Part shown: positions 7,845-19,336 of the stretch, in pieces
Position numbering within the stretch: the first letter of the stretch is position 1
How the letters are laid out: every line of letters begins with the position of its first letter
From: Gammaproteobacteria bacterium
GTDB lineage: Bacteria > Pseudomonadota > Gammaproteobacteria > DASZBR01
NCBI GenBank assembly: GCA_035943935.1
Contig: DASZBR010000006.1
Location: forward strand, 67,633-131,632
Length of the DNA: 64,000 bases
Direction of reading: 5' to 3'
Notes under the pieces: generated by a model
Told to the model about the DNA's origin: nothing
Seen by the model: the letters and a program-made list of their open reading frames with translations, nothing else
Database searches by the model: none
Position numbers and translations under genes: made by a program

Positions 7845-10202
7845 ATGGCAGACTATAAAAAACGTGGTATAGAGCAAAAGCACGAGCAAGATCAACGTCA
7901 ACTTATTCGTGATACCCGGACACTTTTTCAGCGGTTTACGGATTTCTTCGCGAATCCGACGAGTGTGGTGATCCTTTTGGTGTCGTGCGCTGTCTCGGGA
8001 TTTTTTATTCCACAGTTTGTTGATATTTTATTTTTGGCGGGTGTACTCTCTTTTCTAGCGGCCTATTTTCGTAAAACAACGTTACCTTTTCGTTTGCCGG
8101 CAAGTGCACATATGTTGGATTATAACGATCCCGCATCGGGATCGAAAAAACCGCGTATGTCACGTGGCATCAGTTTCTTTGGAAACGACATAGAAACCAA
8201 TGAAGAACTGTGGTTTACGAATGAGGATATGCGTACACACGTTTTGATTTTCGGTTCAACCGGAAGTGGTAAAACAGAGGCCTTAGTTTCGCTTGCGTAT
8301 AATTCTTTAGTGCAGGGCAGTGGATTTATTTATATCGACGGTAAAGGTGATAACTCACTGTTCGCAAAAATATTTTCCATGTGTCGAGCCATGGGACGAG
8401 AAGATGATGTTTTATTAGTTAATTTCATGACGGGTGCGCGAGATATTGTCGGTCCGCAATTAACACGACTTTCAAATACTATGAATCCATTCGCCAGTGG
8501 TTCATCGAGCATGTTGTCACAATTGGCGGTGAGTATGATGGATGCCAGTAGCGCATCGGCCGATGGTGATATGTGGAAAGGCCGTGCCATCGTATTCGTT
8601 GAAGCACTCATGAAAGTATTGGTCTACATGCGTGACAAAGGTCATTTATTATTAGATGCCAACACAATACGTAATTATTTTATTCTCGAACGACTTGAAG
8701 CGATGGCGATGGATAAGCAATTTATCCGCGATAATCAAGAGCCTGTAGATTTATCTGATGCCCCAACAACCGTGTTAGAACCTATTATCAACTATGTGAT
8801 CAACTTGCCGGGTTACGATAAATCCCGCAAGGGAAAACAAGTTTCGCAAGTATTGGAACAACACGGGTTTATTACGATGCAGTTAACGCGTGTGTTTGGT
8901 TCGTTCGCAGATACCTACGGCCATATTATGCGAACAAATTTAGCTGAAGTTGATTTTAAAGATATTGTTTTAAATAGACGTATTCTGGTTGTACTTCTTC
9001 CTGCGTTGGAAAAATCACCGGATGAATTGGCAAACTTGGGTAAAATTATTATTGCTTCTTTAAAAGCCATGATGGCAGCCGGTTTAGGGGATACGGTAGA
9101 AGGCGAATTTCGTGATTTAATTAAACGAAAACCTACAAATGCTGCTTCGCCTTTTGTGTCTATCATGGATGAATATGGATATTACGCGGTGAAGGGATTT
9201 GCCGTTGTACCTGCCCAAGCCCGATCGCTCGGATTCTCTGCTATTTTTGCCGGCCAAGATTTACCTGCTTTCCAAAAAGCGTCTAAAGAAGAAGCGGCAT
9301 CTATTGGTGCGAATTGCAATATTAAAATTTGTATGAAATTAGAAGATCCGACTGAAACATGGGAATTCTTCACTAAATCAGCCGGTGAAGCTTATGTGAC
9401 GAAAGTTGATGCGTTTCAAACGCGTCCCGATAGCATCTTTAATACGTATATGGATACACGCAGTTCTTCAGCTGAAAAACGATCTCGTATTGATTTATTA
9501 GATCTTAAAGAGCAGCGCGAAGGGGAAGCGCATATTCTTTTCAAATCAAAAATTATTCGGGCGAAGATGTTCTATGCAAATCCTACACCTGTCGCTTACA
9601 TGCGTTTGAATCAACTGTTGAAAGTTGCTCCACCGAATGAAGAAATATTGATTGAAATGGAAAAGCGCCGTGAATTATTCAGAGTGGTTGCACAGAAACA
9701 GAATTTTTATGCGAAAGGCGTTGCTCCGAGTGAAGAAATTAATGCTATCGTTGAAGACCTCGCTGTTTCAGATGCTGAAGACCCGATTGAGCGTGGAATT
9801 TCAGCCTTATTAGCGCACTTTAATCGTGCGCATGGAACGCGTATTCCTGAAGTTGAAACGACGGATGATGATTTAACAAAACTCAATATGTTTACGAAGT
9901 TGAGGGTGCTTGAATCCGATCGCAAGTTTATTCTTACGGATGATATGGAACGCTTTAGTCATCCCTTACTGAGCAAGAATAAATCGCATGAATTTGTGGT
10001 TTCTCTTGAACGTTCCGCCGGCAAAGCAGACAAATATGCATTGAGTATTGCGGATGAAGTGATTAAAGATATTGAGAATGCAACAGTCTATCCACCTAAT
10101 ATTCGTGATGAAATGATGCCATCTCAAGTGGCAGATACCATTAATGATTTACTTAAGAGCATTATCAAGGAACGAGAAAATGCAGGTAAACCCGCCTCCT
10201 AG
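7845..10202 (+). CDS. icmO: Type IVB coupling protein DotL/IcmO (VirD4/TraD-like ATPase)
   Basis: 785 aa (Legionella DotL is 783 aa). N-terminal TM segments, Walker A FGSTGSGKTE, a TraD/TrwB-type NTP-binding domain, and a long C-terminal extension typical of DotL (the adaptor-binding tail). Confidence 0.75.
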   Translation: MADYKKRGIEQKHEQDQRQLIRDTRTLFQRFTDFFANPTSVVILLVSCAVSGFFIPQFVDILFLAGVLSFLAAYFRKTTLPFRLPASAHMLDYNDPASGSKKPRMSRGISFFGNDIETNEELWFTNEDMRTHVLIFGSTGSGKTEALVSLAYNSLVQGSGFIYIDGKGDNSLFAKIFSMCRAMGREDDVLLVNFMTGARDIVGPQLTRLSNTMNPFASGSSSMLSQLAVSMMDASSASADGDMWKGRAIVFVEALMKVLVYMRDKGHLLLDANTIRNYFILERLEAMAMDKQFIRDNQEPVDLSDAPTTVLEPIINYVINLPGYDKSRKGKQVSQVLEQHGFITMQLTRVFGSFADTYGHIMRTNLAEVDFKDIVLNRRILVVLLPALEKSPDELANLGKIIIASLKAMMAAGLGDTVEGEFRDLIKRKPTNAASPFVSIMDEYGYYAVKGFAVVPAQARSLGFSAIFAGQDLPAFQKASKEEAASIGANCNIKICMKLEDPTETWEFFTKSAGEAYVTKVDAFQTRPDSIFNTYMDTRSSSAEKRSRIDLLDLKEQREGEAHILFKSKIIRAKMFYANPTPVAYMRLNQLLKVAPPNEEILIEMEKRRELFRVVAQKQNFYAKGVAPSEEINAIVEDLAVSDAEDPIERGISALLAHFNRAHGTRIPEVETTDDDLTKLNMFTKLRVLESDRKFILTDDMERFSHPLLSKNKSHEFVVSLERSAGKADKYALSIADEVIKDIENATVYPPNIRDEMMPSQVADTINDLLKSIIKERENAGKPAS

Positions 10203-10881
10203 TGTATTGGTCACCGGTGCGCAATCCGGATTGGGAAAGGCCACAGCGATTTTTTTTAAGTCTTTGGGATCGCATGTTTTTTCAATAGACAAAGATAATT
10301 GTGATGTGACAGATTTTCAAAAAGTCTCGTCTTTTATAAATTCGCTGTCAGAAATTCCAAGAGTGTGGGTGAATTGCGCGGGTGTTTTTCAAGCTCAAAA
10401 AATACTAAAGATGTCTTCTGAAGAATTTAAAAATATTATAGATGTTAATTTAATAGGCAGTTTTAATATTATTAAATGCGCAGCTGAAAAATTAGCTCAA
10501 TTAGATCCTATAAATTCAGACGGCGAAAGAGGCGTGATTATTAATACAGCGTCTATTGCTGCGTTTGAAGGTCAAGTTGGGCAGGTCGCTTACAGTGCAT
10601 CAAAAGCGGGCATTGCTGGTATGACATTACCGTTGGCGAGAGAATTAGCCCCACTGGGGATTCGTGTAATGGCCATTGCACCAGGCCCCATGGAAACGCC
10701 CATGGCGACAGATAAGATTTCTGAAAAAGTTAAGCAAGCATTAACGTCATCCATACCGTTTCCCAAGCGCTTTGGTTATCCCGAAGAGTTTGCGCGTTTA
10801 GTACACCATATTGTCGAAAACAGTTATCTGAATGGCTCAGTGATTCGATTAGATGCTGCACTTCGAATGGCTGCCACATAA
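10180..10881 (+). CDS. SDR-family oxidoreductase (3-hydroxyacyl-CoA dehydrogenase type-2-like)
   Basis: TGAQSGLGKA Rossmann motif and the YSASK catalytic motif. Start moved to ATG 10180 to avoid overlapping icmO. Confidence 0.75.
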   Translation: MQVNPPPSVLVTGAQSGLGKATAIFFKSLGSHVFSIDKDNCDVTDFQKVSSFINSLSEIPRVWVNCAGVFQAQKILKMSSEEFKNIIDVNLIGSFNIIKCAAEKLAQLDPINSDGERGVIINTASIAAFEGQVGQVAYSASKAGIAGMTLPLARELAPLGIRVMAIAPGPMETPMATDKISEKVKQALTSSIPFPKRFGYPEEFARLVHHIVENSYLNGSVIRLDAALRMAAT

Positions 10882-12377
10882 ATAATAATTGAAAACGCTA
10901 ATATCACAACAAAATCAGGTCCAAATCCCAAAATGTTTTTCCCGCCAAATGTTCCCAAATAGGAAATAAGCGTTAAGCCTATAAAATACGGAATTAACCA
11001 TTTTGCCGTGTTTTTTGTGGCTTTTGTTTGAAGATGTTTTTGTGTGCGAAGTTGATATAAAAAAACAACTGCACCAATCAGAACCGTTATCATCAATCTC
11101 CAAACCGTTGACCACCCTGTCCAAAATACTAATAAATTACAAATATAAAATCCGGTGATGGCAAATACTTTTCCGTACGGTAATTCAAAGGCGTTTTTAG
11201 TGGTTAATTGTTTTCGCAGGGGAATTAAGGCGAGTGGCCCAATGCTATACGAAATTACAAAGCACGAGACAATAAACCCCATCATTTTTTGCCAGGTGGG
11301 GAAGGGCATGAATAAAAATAATCCTACGAGATAATTAAAGATTAATCCTCGCCATGGCACACCGCTTTTATTTAAGTGCGAAAAGAAGGGCGGGAAAAAT
11401 CCAATCTTAGATAACGCATAATTAACTCGGCTGGTTGCACCGGTATAAATAAAAGCCGTTCCAAACGGCGAAACTATTGCACCAATATAAATAAACACGA
11501 CAAGCCATGCTAAGCCTAATGCATTGGCAATTGCTGCAAAGGGTCCGGTAGTTTCTGCGCCAAAATTTAAATGATTCCAGCCTTGTGCAACATCTTCGCT
11601 GTTAATGGCGCCAATAAAAGCAATTTGTAATAAAACATAGACTATTGCACAAATAAAAACGGATCCTAATATCGCAATGGGTAATGCAACTTTAGGATTT
11701 TGTGCTTCGGCTGCCATTTGAATCGCTGGGCTATTGCCAATATAGGAAAACACCACGCCACCCAGAGGAAGTGCCGCTAAAATACCGTGCCATCCATAAG
11801 GCATAAATCCGCTGTATTGATGAAAGTTAGCGGTATTAAAGTGAAAATAAAGTAGCGTAATTAATACAAGCGTGGGTACCGCTAATTTAATCACCACAAA
11901 TCCAGTGCTTAATCGACTGAATAATTTTGCACCGAATTGATTTATATAAACCATAAAAAACATTAAAAACGCTGCGGTAAAAATGCCTTTTCGAGTTAAT
12001 ACTGTTGAACCATGAATACTATGAACAAGCGAGGGGAAGTAATCAGCGGCATATTTTAATAGCGCGAGAGTTTCAATCGGCGCAACGACGACACTTGATA
12101 CCCACACCAACCAACCTACGGTAAAACTCATTAAGGGCCCATGACTTTTTTCAGCATATTGAACCATGCCGCCAGCAACAGGAGAATTTGCCGCTAACTC
12201 AGCAAAAGCAAAACCAATCACGGTCATTAAAACAGCGCCAACGATCCATGCCAATACTGCAGCGGGCCCTGCGATTTTTGCAACATACATCGGGCCAAAT
12301 AACCAACCCGATCCCATAATTCCACCGATGGCAGTGAATAAAAGAGCCGCGATACTGATGGAGCGTTTAAATTGCAT
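10824..12377 (-). CDS. APC-superfamily amino-acid permease
   Basis: About 12 TM helices. The N-terminal GSGWLFGP motif is typical of APC amino-acid transporters. Confidence 0.75.
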   Translation of the reverse strand: MQFKRSISIAALLFTAIGGIMGSGWLFGPMYVAKIAGPAAVLAWIVGAVLMTVIGFAFAELAANSPVAGGMVQYAEKSHGPLMSFTVGWLVWVSSVVVAPIETLALLKYAADYFPSLVHSIHGSTVLTRKGIFTAAFLMFFMVYINQFGAKLFSRLSTGFVVIKLAVPTLVLITLLYFHFNTANFHQYSGFMPYGWHGILAALPLGGVVFSYIGNSPAIQMAAEAQNPKVALPIAILGSVFICAIVYVLLQIAFIGAINSEDVAQGWNHLNFGAETTGPFAAIANALGLAWLVVFIYIGAIVSPFGTAFIYTGATSRVNYALSKIGFFPPFFSHLNKSGVPWRGLIFNYLVGLFLFMPFPTWQKMMGFIVSCFVISYSIGPLALIPLRKQLTTKNAFELPYGKVFAITGFYICNLLVFWTGWSTVWRLMITVLIGAVVFLYQLRTQKHLQTKATKNTAKWLIPYFIGLTLISYLGTFGGKNILGFGPDFVVILAFSIIIYVAAIRSAASNRITEPFR

Positions 12378-12388
12378 AGTTAAGTCCC

Positions 12389-13231
12389 TTATAACTGCAG
12401 ATATTTAGCGGTATCGAGAATTTTTTCGCGTTCACTAAAACTGGTTAAATCAGTATTTATTTTCAGTGAATTACCGTCAGTGTGTAAAACAGCCAGTGTT
12501 TTTTGCATAGCTTTAATGCACGCACGTTGGAGATCGGAGGGAATGATGACAAGATTAAATCCTAATGCTTCTAATGTTTTTAAGGGTACGTCAGGTGTTT
12601 TTCCGCCGTGGAACATATTGATTAATTTAAAGCCAGAAATTTTCTTTGCTACTTCTTCGATCTGAGAAAGGCTGGTGGGTGCTTCTACAAAGATCATATC
12701 CGCTCCGGCTTTTTGATAAGCTAATGCTCGGTCAATCGCGCTGTCAAAATTCTCTGCTCCGATGGCATCGGTTCTTGCAATGATTAAGAAATCAGGATTT
12801 TGTTTGGTTTCTTTGGCGGTTTTGATTTTATGACACATCTCGTCTTTTGAAATTAAGGTTTTGTCATCTAGGTGTCCGCAGCGTTTGGGAAAAGTCTGAT
12901 CTTCTATATGGATGCCTGCGACACCAATATTTTCGAATTCACGTACGGTACGAGCGACATTGATGGCGTTGCCAAAGCCCGTATCAGCGTCGGCTATCAC
13001 AGGAAGGTCAGTTGCTCGAACGATAGAGGAAACTTGAGTGGTTATTTCAGTCAGCGTTAATAGGCCTAAATCGGGGTAGCCTGCACTACGTGCGATGGCG
13101 CCGCCGCTGGCATAAAGTACTGAAAATCCTGCCTGTTTTGCTAATAAGCCAGATAAACCATCATAAACACCTGGAGCTACCTGAATCTTTTTAGAATTAA
13201 GAAGTTGACGCATTTTTTGCACATTTGCCAT
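12389..13231 (-). CDS. Isocitrate lyase/PEP mutase superfamily enzyme (methylisocitrate lyase / carboxyphosphonoenolpyruvate mutase-like)
   Basis: ADADTGFGN and KRCGH motifs of the ICL/PEPM family. Start at the internal ATG 13231 (MANVQKMRQLL); the upstream ORF extension is nonsense-like. Confidence 0.75.
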   Translation of the reverse strand: MANVQKMRQLLNSKKIQVAPGVYDGLSGLLAKQAGFSVLYASGGAIARSAGYPDLGLLTLTEITTQVSSIVRATDLPVIADADTGFGNAINVARTVREFENIGVAGIHIEDQTFPKRCGHLDDKTLISKDEMCHKIKTAKETKQNPDFLIIARTDAIGAENFDSAIDRALAYQKAGADMIFVEAPTSLSQIEEVAKKISGFKLINMFHGGKTPDVPLKTLEALGFNLVIIPSDLQRACIKAMQKTLAVLHTDGNSLKINTDLTSFSEREKILDTAKYLQL

Positions 13232-13281
13232 CGTTATCGTCCTTAGTTCGCGTATAATCTTTGGGTTGAGGAGGAATACGT

Positions 13282-14145
13282 GTGAGTGTTGTTTTAGCCC
13301 GAAGACCCGGATTATCTTATTATCAAAGCACAGCGGTTGCAATTGGCAACTTTGATGGCATACATCTTGGGCACCAAGCACTCCTCGAAAAAGCAGACAG
13401 TGTTTTGACTTTTGAGCCCTATCCACAAGCTTATTTTCATCCTGAGCGAAAAATGCCGCGTTTAACAACGTTACGTGAAAAACTAAAATTATTTAAAAAA
13501 TTTGGAATAAAAGCGGTCTATGCAGTGCCCTTTGATAAAAAGTTCTCGTTATTATCACCTGAAGATTTTATTCAAACTATTTTAATCAAAACGCTTGGGT
13601 CAAAAAAAATTATTGTGGGAGAGGATTTTAGGTTTGGTTTTCACCGTGCAGGTGATACAAACTTATTAAACCAATACATCACCACAGAAGTTATCAAGCC
13701 AGTTTTATGTGATGGCAGTAAAATTAGCAGTACGCGTGTTCGTGAAGCTCTTTTTCACAGCGATTTGCCGCTAGTTAAAAAATTACTGGGTCGAGATTAT
13801 TCCATAATAGGACGAGTGGTGAGAGGGGATGGCAGAGGGCGACAATTAGGTTTTCATACGGCGAATATTTCATTACTGAAAAGATTGCCGCCATTAAGAG
13901 GCGTTTATGCTGTTAAGATTAATAATAAATTAAAGGGCGTGGCAAATATTGGTTCGCGTCCAACAGTAGATGGCACACGAGATTATCTCGAAACCCATAT
14001 TTTTGATTTTAATAAAGATATCTATGGTGATTACATAGAAGTTGAATTTGTACAAAAGATTAGAGACGAGAAGAAATTTGATTCATTGAATGCATTACAA
14101 GAGCAGATTAAACTGGATGTTCAACTGGCAAGAGACATAACATGA
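13282..14145 (+). CDS. ribF: Bifunctional riboflavin kinase/FMN adenylyltransferase
   Basis: [14 protein letters not shown] nucleotidyltransferase motif. GTG start preceded by GAGGAGG. ribF-ileS-lspA order. Confidence 0.85.
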   Translation: MSVVLARRPGLSYYQSTAVAIGNFDGIHLGHQALLEKADSVLTFEPYPQAYFHPERKMPRLTTLREKLKLFKKFGIKAVYAVPFDKKFSLLSPEDFIQTILIKTLGSKKIIVGEDFRFGFHRAGDTNLLNQYITTEVIKPVLCDGSKISSTRVREALFHSDLPLVKKLLGRDYSIIGRVVRGDGRGRQLGFHTANISLLKRLPPLRGVYAVKINNKLKGVANIGSRPTVDGTRDYLETHIFDFNKDIYGDYIEVEFVQKIRDEKKFDSLNALQEQIKLDVQLARDIT

Positions 14146-16838
14146 TTGACTATAAACCTACTTTAAATTTACCCACCACTGAGTTTCCGATGAAAGCCAG
14201 TCTTTCACAACGCGAGCCTGAATATCTCAAACAATGGGAATCAAATTTACTTTACCAAAAAATCCGTGAGCTGCGAAAAAACCACAAGAAATTTATGTTA
14301 CATGACGGTCCTCCATATGCGAATGGCAATATTCATTTAGGCCATGCGTTAAATAAAATTTTAAAAGATATTGTGGTGAAGTCGAGGACAATGGATGGCT
14401 ATGATGCGCCGTATGTTCCTGGTTGGGATTGTCATGGGTTACCCATAGAATTAAATGTCGAAAAAAAACACGGTAAAGCCGGCGAGAAATTAGATGCAAA
14501 ACAATTTCGTCAAAAATGTCGTGAATATGCGCAAGAACAAGTGAATATTCAGCGCGAAGAATTCAAGCGGTTGGGTGTATTAGGTGATTGGGAACATCCT
14601 TATTTAACAATGGATTTTAAATTTGAAGCGAATATTTTACGCGCGTTGTCTAAAATTATTCAAAATAAACATTTAATACAGGGATTTAAACCCGTTCATT
14701 GGTGTATCGATTGTCGTTCGGCACTTGCTGAAGCAGAAGTGGAATATCAAGATAAATCTTCTCCCTCCATAGATATTAAATTTCGCGTTGTGGATTCCGA
14801 TTGGATTATACCTGTTTGGACAACAACACCGTGGACGTTGCCTGCCAATGAAGCAGTAGCCTTAAACCCAGATCATGTTTATGTATTAGTTGATGCGGGC
14901 GCTGAAAAATTAATTTTAGTCCGTGAATTATTAGAATCTAGTTTGGCTCGCTATAAAATAGCGGATTATAAAATTATTAAAGAGCTAAAAAAATCAGAAC
15001 TGGAAAATCTAAAATTACATCATCCTTTTTATGATACTAAAATAGTTCCTGTGGTATTTGGTGATCACGTGACTCTCGATACAGGTACAGGTGCAGTACA
15101 TACAGCACCTGCACACGGCGTGGAAGATTATGTGGTTGGTCAGCAGTACAAATTACCGATGAATAATCCCGTAAATGATAATGGTTGTTTTAATGATTCA
15201 ACACCCGTGTTTGCGGGAAAATTTATCTTTAAAGCCAATCCAGAAATTATTGAATTAATTAAAACAAAAAATAATTTATTACATGAAGAAAAAATTCAAC
15301 ATAGCTATCCGCATTGTTGGCGTCACAAAACACCGGTCATATTCCGCGCAACACCACAATGGTTTATTAGCATGGATAAAAATAATTTGCGCCAACAAGC
15401 GCTTTCGGAAATTACCAAAACACAATGGCAACCCGAGTGGGGTGAGCAACGCATGGAAGGGATGATCAAAGATCGACCGGATTGGTGTGTTTCACGCCAG
15501 CGTCAGTGGTGTGTGCCAATGGGATTAGTCGTGCATAAAGAAACCAAACAATTGCATCCCGATATGGTAAAAATTACTGAAGAAATTGCGCTTAAAATAG
15601 AACAATCAGGAATTGAAGCGTGGTATGACTGGCAATGTCCGTATCCAGAGTATGAAAAAATTCAAGATACCCTTGATGTGTGGTTCGATTCTGGCATTAC
15701 TCACTATGCTGTATTAAAAGAACATCAGGCTGATTTGTATTTAGAAGGCTCTGATCAATACCGTGGTTGGTTTCAATCATCATTATTAACATCAGTCGCG
15801 ATGAAAGAAAAAGCGCCTTATAAAGAAGTGCTCACACACGGTTTCACGATTGATGAAAAAGGCCGAAAGATGTCGAAATCGATTGGCAATGTGATTGCAC
15901 CTGAAAAAGTGATTAACAGTTTGGGCGCAGACGTTTTACGGCTGTGGGTAGCAGCAACCGATTATCGTGCAGAAATGGCATTGTCGGATGAAATATTACA
16001 GCGTACCGGCGAAGCCTATCGACGTATTCGAAATACGGCGCGTTTTTTATTAGCCAATTTACATGATTTTAATCCTGAAGTTAATTTATTGGATACCGCT
16101 GAATTATTAAGCTTGGATAAATGGATTATTCAAAAAGCCCAATTATTGCAAGAAGAAATAAAGCTAGCCTATACAGAATATCAATTTCATTTGATCTACC
16201 AGAAATTACATAATTTTTGCATTGTTGAATTAGGTGGATTTTATTTAGATATTATTAAAGATAGACAGTACACCATGCAAAAGAATAGTCAGGGCAGACG
16301 CTCTGCACAAACGGCTATTTATCATATTTTGCATGCACTGGTTCGATGGATTGCGCCCATATTAAGTTTTACTGCAGAAGAAATCTGGTCGTATATGCCT
16401 TCGGAAAAAAATAAATTAGCGTCTATATTTTTAGCTGAGTATTATCTTTTTCCAGAGATAAGTGCAGACCAGATTAATTTTGATAAATTAGTTGTTCTGC
16501 GGGAACAAGTGAATAGAGAATTAGAAATCAAACGCAATGAGAAATTAATTGGTTCTGGACTTGAGTCATTAGTTCATATTGTCGCACCAGAAGAACTTTA
16601 TGCTGAATTACTTAAATTAAAAGATGAATTACGGTTTGTTTGGATTACCTCGGGTGCGACAATAGAAAAAGGCGCTGAGCTAAAAATAAATATTACGCCA
16701 TTAAATAATTTAATTAAGTGTACGCGTTGTTGGCATCGTCGAGAAGATATTGGCAAGGACACTGCACATCCTGATATTTGTTTGCGGTGTGTAGACAATT
16801 TACCGGAAGGAAAAGGAGAGACACGACACTATGCTTAG
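14142..16838 (+). CDS. ileS: Isoleucyl-tRNA synthetase
   Basis: [12 protein letters not shown] (HIGH) and KMSKS motifs. C-terminal zinc-finger CxxC pairs. 898 aa. Confidence 0.95.
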   Translation: MIDYKPTLNLPTTEFPMKASLSQREPEYLKQWESNLLYQKIRELRKNHKKFMLHDGPPYANGNIHLGHALNKILKDIVVKSRTMDGYDAPYVPGWDCHGLPIELNVEKKHGKAGEKLDAKQFRQKCREYAQEQVNIQREEFKRLGVLGDWEHPYLTMDFKFEANILRALSKIIQNKHLIQGFKPVHWCIDCRSALAEAEVEYQDKSSPSIDIKFRVVDSDWIIPVWTTTPWTLPANEAVALNPDHVYVLVDAGAEKLILVRELLESSLARYKIADYKIIKELKKSELENLKLHHPFYDTKIVPVVFGDHVTLDTGTGAVHTAPAHGVEDYVVGQQYKLPMNNPVNDNGCFNDSTPVFAGKFIFKANPEIIELIKTKNNLLHEEKIQHSYPHCWRHKTPVIFRATPQWFISMDKNNLRQQALSEITKTQWQPEWGEQRMEGMIKDRPDWCVSRQRQWCVPMGLVVHKETKQLHPDMVKITEEIALKIEQSGIEAWYDWQCPYPEYEKIQDTLDVWFDSGITHYAVLKEHQADLYLEGSDQYRGWFQSSLLTSVAMKEKAPYKEVLTHGFTIDEKGRKMSKSIGNVIAPEKVINSLGADVLRLWVAATDYRAEMALSDEILQRTGEAYRRIRNTARFLLANLHDFNPEVNLLDTAELLSLDKWIIQKAQLLQEEIKLAYTEYQFHLIYQKLHNFCIVELGGFYLDIIKDRQYTMQKNSQGRRSAQTAIYHILHALVRWIAPILSFTAEEIWSYMPSEKNKLASIFLAEYYLFPEISADQINFDKLVVLREQVNRELEIKRNEKLIGSGLESLVHIVAPEELYAELLKLKDELRFVWITSGATIEKGAELKINITPLNNLIKCTRCWHRREDIGKDTAHPDICLRCVDNLPEGKGETRHYA

Positions 16839-17298
16839 ACTTAAGTATTGGCATTGGATTTTATTGAGTGTTTTCGTCGTTATTTTGGATCAAAGTTCAA
16901 AGTGGGTCGCTTCGACTTATTTGCAGTACCACATCCCCGTTGAAGTCACTCCTTTCTTTAATTGGTACCTGGATTTTAATCATGGCGCTGCATGGAATTT
17001 TTTAAGTAATGAAACGGGTTGGCAGCGATGGGTGCTTGCAGGATTTTCAACGTTGGTTTCTATTCTTATTTTATTTTGGTTGAGAGACTCAGAAAACAAA
17101 AAAAATACCAGTTGTGCGGGCTTAGCGTTAATATTAGGCGGCGCAGTAGGTAATCTAGTAGACAGAATTTATCCGGGTGTGGTGACTGATTTTATTCAGT
17201 GGCACTTGAGCACTTATTATTGGCCTACGTTTAATATTGCAGACAGTGCAGTCTGTGTCGGTGCGGTTTTGTATATATGGGGTATGAGAAATGACTAA
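16831..17298 (+). CDS. lspA: Lipoprotein signal peptidase II
   Basis: 155 aa, four TM helices, conserved FNIAD motif. Operon position after ileS. Confidence 0.9.
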   Translation: MLRLKYWHWILLSVFVVILDQSSKWVASTYLQYHIPVEVTPFFNWYLDFNHGAAWNFLSNETGWQRWVLAGFSTLVSILILFWLRDSENKKNTSCAGLALILGGAVGNLVDRIYPGVVTDFIQWHLSTYYWPTFNIADSAVCVGAVLYIWGMRND

Positions 17299-18616
17299 TT
17301 CAGCATTGATGATGATTTCACCGCTCGATGGACGCTATGCGGATAAAACCAAAGAGTTGAATAACCTATTTAGCGAATATGCTCTTATGCGACATCGCGT
17401 ATTCGTTGAAGTTAAATGGCTAGAGCACTTGCAACCCGAAATCAATCTAGAAAAAATAGTTTTGGATTTTAGTCTTGAAGACGCGAAAGAAATTAAAAAA
17501 ATAGAATCAGAAACGAATCATGACATGAAAGCGATTGAATATTTTATTAAGTCAAAAATGGATAAAAACCCTAAAACTAAAAAATTACGCGAATGGGTTC
17601 ATTTTGGCTGTACCTCAGATGATGTTAATAATCTGGCCTACGGATTAATATTATCGACCACAAGGGAACAGATTTTATTAAATTATTTTAATGACCTGAT
17701 GAGTGTGTTGCGAGATTTGGCGCATCGTTACGCAAAAATTCCTATGGTATCTCGAACGCACGGTCAAATAGCATCACCGACCACAGTGGGCAAAGAATTC
17801 GCCAATGTATTATCAAGACTTGAGTCACAGGTATTTGGATTTCAACATATAAAAATAATGGGCAAAATAAATGGCGCGGTGGGAAATATGAACGCGCATC
17901 ATATTGCGCTTCCCGATAAAAATTGGTTTACGATAGCCAAAGATTTCGTTGAAAATCTAGGATTACATTATCAAGCGTATACCACACAGATAGAACCTCA
18001 TGATTATATCGCCGAGTTATTTCATAGCCTAATCAGAATTAATACTATATTAATAGATTTTTGTCGTGATACCTGGGGATATATTGCTTTAGGTTATTTT
18101 GAACAAAAAATAAAATCATCAGAAACTGGTTCTTCAACCATGCCTCATAAAATCAATCCTATCGACTTCGAAAATGCCGAGGGGAATTTGTATTTATCGA
18201 ATAGCTTATTAAATTGCTTGGCTGAAAAATTGCCGGTATCAAGATTCCAGAGAGATCTGGTTGATTCGACTTTATTACGAAATATGGGCGTTGGTATTGG
18301 CCATGCAGTGGTTGCATACCAATCACTACTAAAGGGCCTGAATAAATTAGAGATTAATCAAGAAAAAATATCTGCTGATTTAAACAATGCGTGGGAAGTA
18401 TTGGCTGAGCCCATTCAAATGGTTATGCGTGTACATGGTGTAGAAGAACCCTATGAAAAATTAAAAAAATTAACGCGTGGAAAAAATATGAGTAAAGAAG
18501 CATTGCATAAATTTATAGACAGCGTTGAATTGCCTGAAGAGATTAAGAAAAAATTAAAAGCATTAAAACCTGCAGATTATATTGGCTATGCGGGGATTTT
18601 GGCGGAAGAGATCTGA
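17291..18616 (+). CDS. purB: Adenylosuccinate lyase
   Basis: PurB N-terminus (SPLDGRYADKTKEL) and the SSTMPHKINP fumarate-lyase signature. Confidence 0.9.
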   Translation: MTNSALMMISPLDGRYADKTKELNNLFSEYALMRHRVFVEVKWLEHLQPEINLEKIVLDFSLEDAKEIKKIESETNHDMKAIEYFIKSKMDKNPKTKKLREWVHFGCTSDDVNNLAYGLILSTTREQILLNYFNDLMSVLRDLAHRYAKIPMVSRTHGQIASPTTVGKEFANVLSRLESQVFGFQHIKIMGKINGAVGNMNAHHIALPDKNWFTIAKDFVENLGLHYQAYTTQIEPHDYIAELFHSLIRINTILIDFCRDTWGYIALGYFEQKIKSSETGSSTMPHKINPIDFENAEGNLYLSNSLLNCLAEKLPVSRFQRDLVDSTLLRNMGVGIGHAVVAYQSLLKGLNKLEINQEKISADLNNAWEVLAEPIQMVMRVHGVEEPYEKLKKLTRGKNMSKEALHKFIDSVELPEEIKKKLKALKPADYIGYAGILAEEI

Positions 18617-18617
18617 T

Positions 18618-18657
18618 GTGGGGACGGGATAAATCCCGCCCCTACGAATTACTTTTT
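18618..18657. terminator. Imperfect GC-rich hairpin between convergent purB and rpsT; candidate bidirectional terminator
   Basis: GTGGGGACGGGAT..ATCCCGCCCCTAC stem with 2 mismatches, then a T5 run on the plus strand. Confidence 0.35.
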
Positions 18658-18918
18658 AACTAATTTTTTCACGCGTGCGTTCAAACGACTCTTTGTACGA
18701 GCCGCTTTGTTTTTGTGAATCAAACCCTTTTTAGCGGATTTATCCAGAATAGAAGCAGTTTTACGGAGAACAGCATTGGCTTCGGCGAGATCACCTTTCT
18801 CAATGATTTTTAACAGTGTTTTGACTTGTGTGCGCATTTCAGAACGTTGAGACGCGTTGCGGACACGGCGGGCTTCGCCTTGACGGGCACGTTTTTTTGC
18901 CTGTTTTGTATTAGCCAA
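18649..18918 (-). CDS. rpsT: 30S ribosomal protein S20
   Basis: MANTKQAKKRARQ S20 N-terminus, 89 aa. Confidence 0.95.
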   Translation of the reverse strand: MANTKQAKKRARQGEARRVRNASQRSEMRTQVKTLLKIIEKGDLAEANAVLRKTASILDKSAKKGLIHKNKAARTKSRLNARVKKLVKK

Positions 18919-18982
18919 GAGGGGATACTCCTTTCATTTGCATGGTAAATTCAGGCCGAAATGATGCCGATTTAGATAAAGC

Positions 18983-19012
18983 TTGTCAATGATCTTCGCT
19001 GTCGTCTACAAT
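18983..19012 (+). promoter_or_regulatory. Putative sigma70 promoter of rpsO-pnp (TTGTCA-18-TACAAT)
   Basis: -35 TTGTCA 18983-18988, -10 TACAAT 19007-19012, 40 nt upstream of the rpsO ATG. Confidence 0.45.
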
Positions 19013-19052
19013 GGCGCACTTTATGATATTGATGATAGTTGAGGAGTTTTAG

Positions 19053-19310
19053 ATGACAGTAGAGGCATCGGCTAAGAAATTTCAGCGCAGTCCCAAAGAT
19101 ACGGGATCGCCAGAAGTTCAAATTGCCCAGTTAACCGATCGTATAAACGAGCTTACCGAACACTTGAAAATCCATAAGAAGGATAACCATTCCCGCCATG
19201 GTCTTTTACAAATGGTCAGTAACCGTAGAAGTTTATTGAAGTATCTCAAGACTGAGAACGCAGAAATTTACAAAAAGTTGATTGCAGATCTCAATCTGCG
19301 CGACCAATAA
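19053..19310 (+). CDS. rpsO: 30S ribosomal protein S15
   Basis: Conserved S15 sequence ([33 protein letters not shown]). Confidence 0.95.
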   Translation: MTVEASAKKFQRSPKDTGSPEVQIAQLTDRINELTEHLKIHKKDNHSRHGLLQMVSNRRSLLKYLKTENAEIYKKLIADLNLRDQ

Positions 19311-19336
19311 AACCGCCCCCACACAAGGAAACTGCA

